This document shows positions 61,373 to 64,000 of a stretch of DNA of 64,000 nt, in pieces. Source of the stretch: the human T2T-CHM13v2.0 reference genome, Homo sapiens. The first letter of the stretch is position 1. Every line of letters starts with the position of its first letter. The notes below the pieces were generated by a model. The model was not told the DNA's origin. It made no database searches and saw only the letters and a list, made by a program, of their open reading frames with translations. The stretch lies in NCBI RefSeq assembly GCF_009914755.1, contig NC_060940.1. One strand, 5' to 3'. The translations under genes and the position numbers were made by a program.

Positions 61373-61638
61373 TGAGCCGAGATCCCACCACTGAACTCCA
61401 GCCTAGGCAACAGAGCAAGACTCTTGTCTCAAAAAAAACCAAAACCAAAAACAAACAAACAAAAATTATCCTCCACATGTCACATCATGGCCCTAATGCT
61501 TGAGTCTTTGTGGGAACCTCCACATTGTCTCACGCAGACCTGATCATCAGCATGTGGCTGTCAGCATTCCCCAAATAGCCCAAATCCCCTTCAGTTCTCA
61601 ACCCTTCTTGCCCATAGAGCACATCAGGCAATATCTAG

Positions 61639-61770
<132 letters not shown>

Positions 61771-62577
61771 TGAGTAGCTGGGATTACAATTTTTGGTTGT
61801 TATAACTGGGGGAGCAGGGAGATTTAATGGATAGAAGCCAGAGATGCTGCTAAACATGTCAGAATGCACAGGACAGATCCCCAAAACAAAGTTATTCAGT
61901 CCTAAATGTCAATAGTTGCCAAGGCCAAGCCCGCCCGGGAAGTCCTCTTACCTGTCCAAAAGCTCAAACACACACGTGCACACACACACACCCTCACCTA
62001 TGTCCTCCTAGGTACCTTCGTGGTCTGTGTTAATTTTCAATGAATCACAAGAAGTTTACAGCATAAAAATACACTTCTAAAATTAACTTCTTACTCAATA
62101 TCCTTTACAGCAAAGGGCCACGTAATAAATTTGCCTTGGGTTTAATCCCATGCTTGGGATTCTGCATGAAAGGGTACGGGCAGGAAGAGGAAGGGAAAGG
62201 GAGGGGCATTGAGATGCACCCATAGCACCAACAATAAGGACCAATGCCCTCTCCCGCCCAGCTGGGCCCCACTGAACCATCCTGACCTCAACACACAGAT
62301 GTAGATCACCAATCAGGTGCAACACACAGAACAGACTTTCTGGAGGTTGCAAGGAGGATTAAGGGGTAAAGAAGGGAAATGTATGCTGTTTGAAAAAATA
62401 TGTTTAATATAATCATACAGCCAGGTGTAGTGGCTTGTGCCTGTAATCCCAGCACTTTGGCAGGCCAAGGCGGGCAGATCACCTGAGGTCAGGAGTTTGA
62501 GACCAGCCTGGCCAACATGGTGAAACCCTGTCTCTACTAAAAATACAAAAAAATTAGCCAGGTGTGGTGTAGTCCTA

Positions 62578-62706
<129 letters not shown>

Positions 62707-63068
62707 TTATGTATATATGTAAAGTAAAACTGTATGATTTTATATATATAATAAAACTGCATACATATATAAAATATATATTACATATATAGTATAATAT
62801 ATGTAATATATAATATATATATATAAAATCATACAGTTTTATTTTAAAAAACGAATACATATTGGCCTTTCTGTGTTTCTCGAGAGGTGGTTTAACTTAC
62901 AGAATGTTGCAGTCTGACACTTTTTATCAGGCCAGAAGTTAAACTTTCTACTTGATTGACAAAAATTCTTTTTGTGAGACAAAGTCAGAAAAATAAAAAC
63001 AAAAGCAAAACAATCCAATTACTCTACATATTCCTCTCCCTGCTTTTTTTTTTTTTTTTTTTTTTTGA

Positions 63069-63227
<159 letters not shown>

Positions 63228-64000
63228 TAGTAGAGATGGTATTTCTCTACGTTGGTCAGGCTGGTCTCAGACTCCCGACCTCAGGTGATCTGCCCTCCTT
63301 GGCCTCCCAAAGTGTTGGGATTTCAGGCATGAGCCACCACACTGGCCCCTCTCTCTACTTTTAAATGTTTTGTATCCAGACAGCTTCTGGGTGGATGAAT
63401 TAGCCTTGGCAAATTTTTTCCCCCTAGGTGTTTTGTTTTGTTTTGTTTTGAGTCTTGTTCTGTCACCCAGGCTGGAGTGCAGTGGCTCGATCTCGGCTCA
63501 TTGCAACCTCCACCTACTGGTTCAAGCTATTCTCATGCCTCAGCCTCCTGAGTAGCTGGGATTACAGGCACCCACCACCACGCCCAGCTAGTTTCTGTAT
63601 TTTTAGTAGAGATTGGGTTTCACCATGTTGGCCAGGCTGGTCTTGAACTCCTGGCCTCAAGTAATACACACGCCTCAGCCTCCCAGTGGTGAGATTACAG
63701 GCGTGAGCCACCACACCCAGCCAATACCTCTAGGTTTTAAATGTATACTATTGTGTATTTACATTTTTTTCTGTTACATTAAATATAATAGAATTACACA
63801 TTTAACTTATGGATGACTATATAACTTACGTTTGTAAAATCCCACTCCATTAGACCAATGACTAGAAGTATAAGAGCGATAGTTATTCAATAGGATTCCA
63901 ACAAAAAATGCCAAATTGGCCAGTCTTTTCTACAATTTTTCAAAGAACAGAATACATGTGGCTCTGATTAAGCAAGATGTACATTCTAATTCAACAAATA

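Overview
Primate (almost certainly human) genomic DNA, very rich in Alu repeats. It carries the 3' part of LCMT1 (leucine carboxyl methyltransferase 1, the PP2A methyltransferase) on the + strand: seven coding exons at 11068-37554 that splice in frame, one of them ending in a non-canonical GC donor, plus a polyA signal at 37739. The first 9 kb is a near full-length, old class I (gammaretrovirus-like, ERV1) provirus on the - strand inside an LCMT1 intron. It has a 5' LTR with a MER30 insertion, a tRNA-Arg-type PBS, broken gag/pro/pol, an ERV-V-like env broken by stops, frameshifts and an AluJ, a PPT and a 3' LTR. The most unusual signal is an intact 40-codon single-transmembrane ORF wedged exactly between pol and env. 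Its ATG overlaps the pol-frame stop (TAATG) and its stop lies 2 nt before the env ATG (TAA-AG-ATG), an arrangement reminiscent of Vpu or BM2 accessory genes. The proviral leader keeps CpGs and a tandemly duplicated splice donor, which suggests an antisense transcription unit. The rest is intronic or intergenic repeat mosaic (Alu, L1, MIR/L2, MaLR, MER4-group LTRs, Tigger1, MER53) with several templated-insertion or fold-back scars. Repeat family names and gene identities come from recognition of the sequence, not from database searches; repeat boundaries are approximate.
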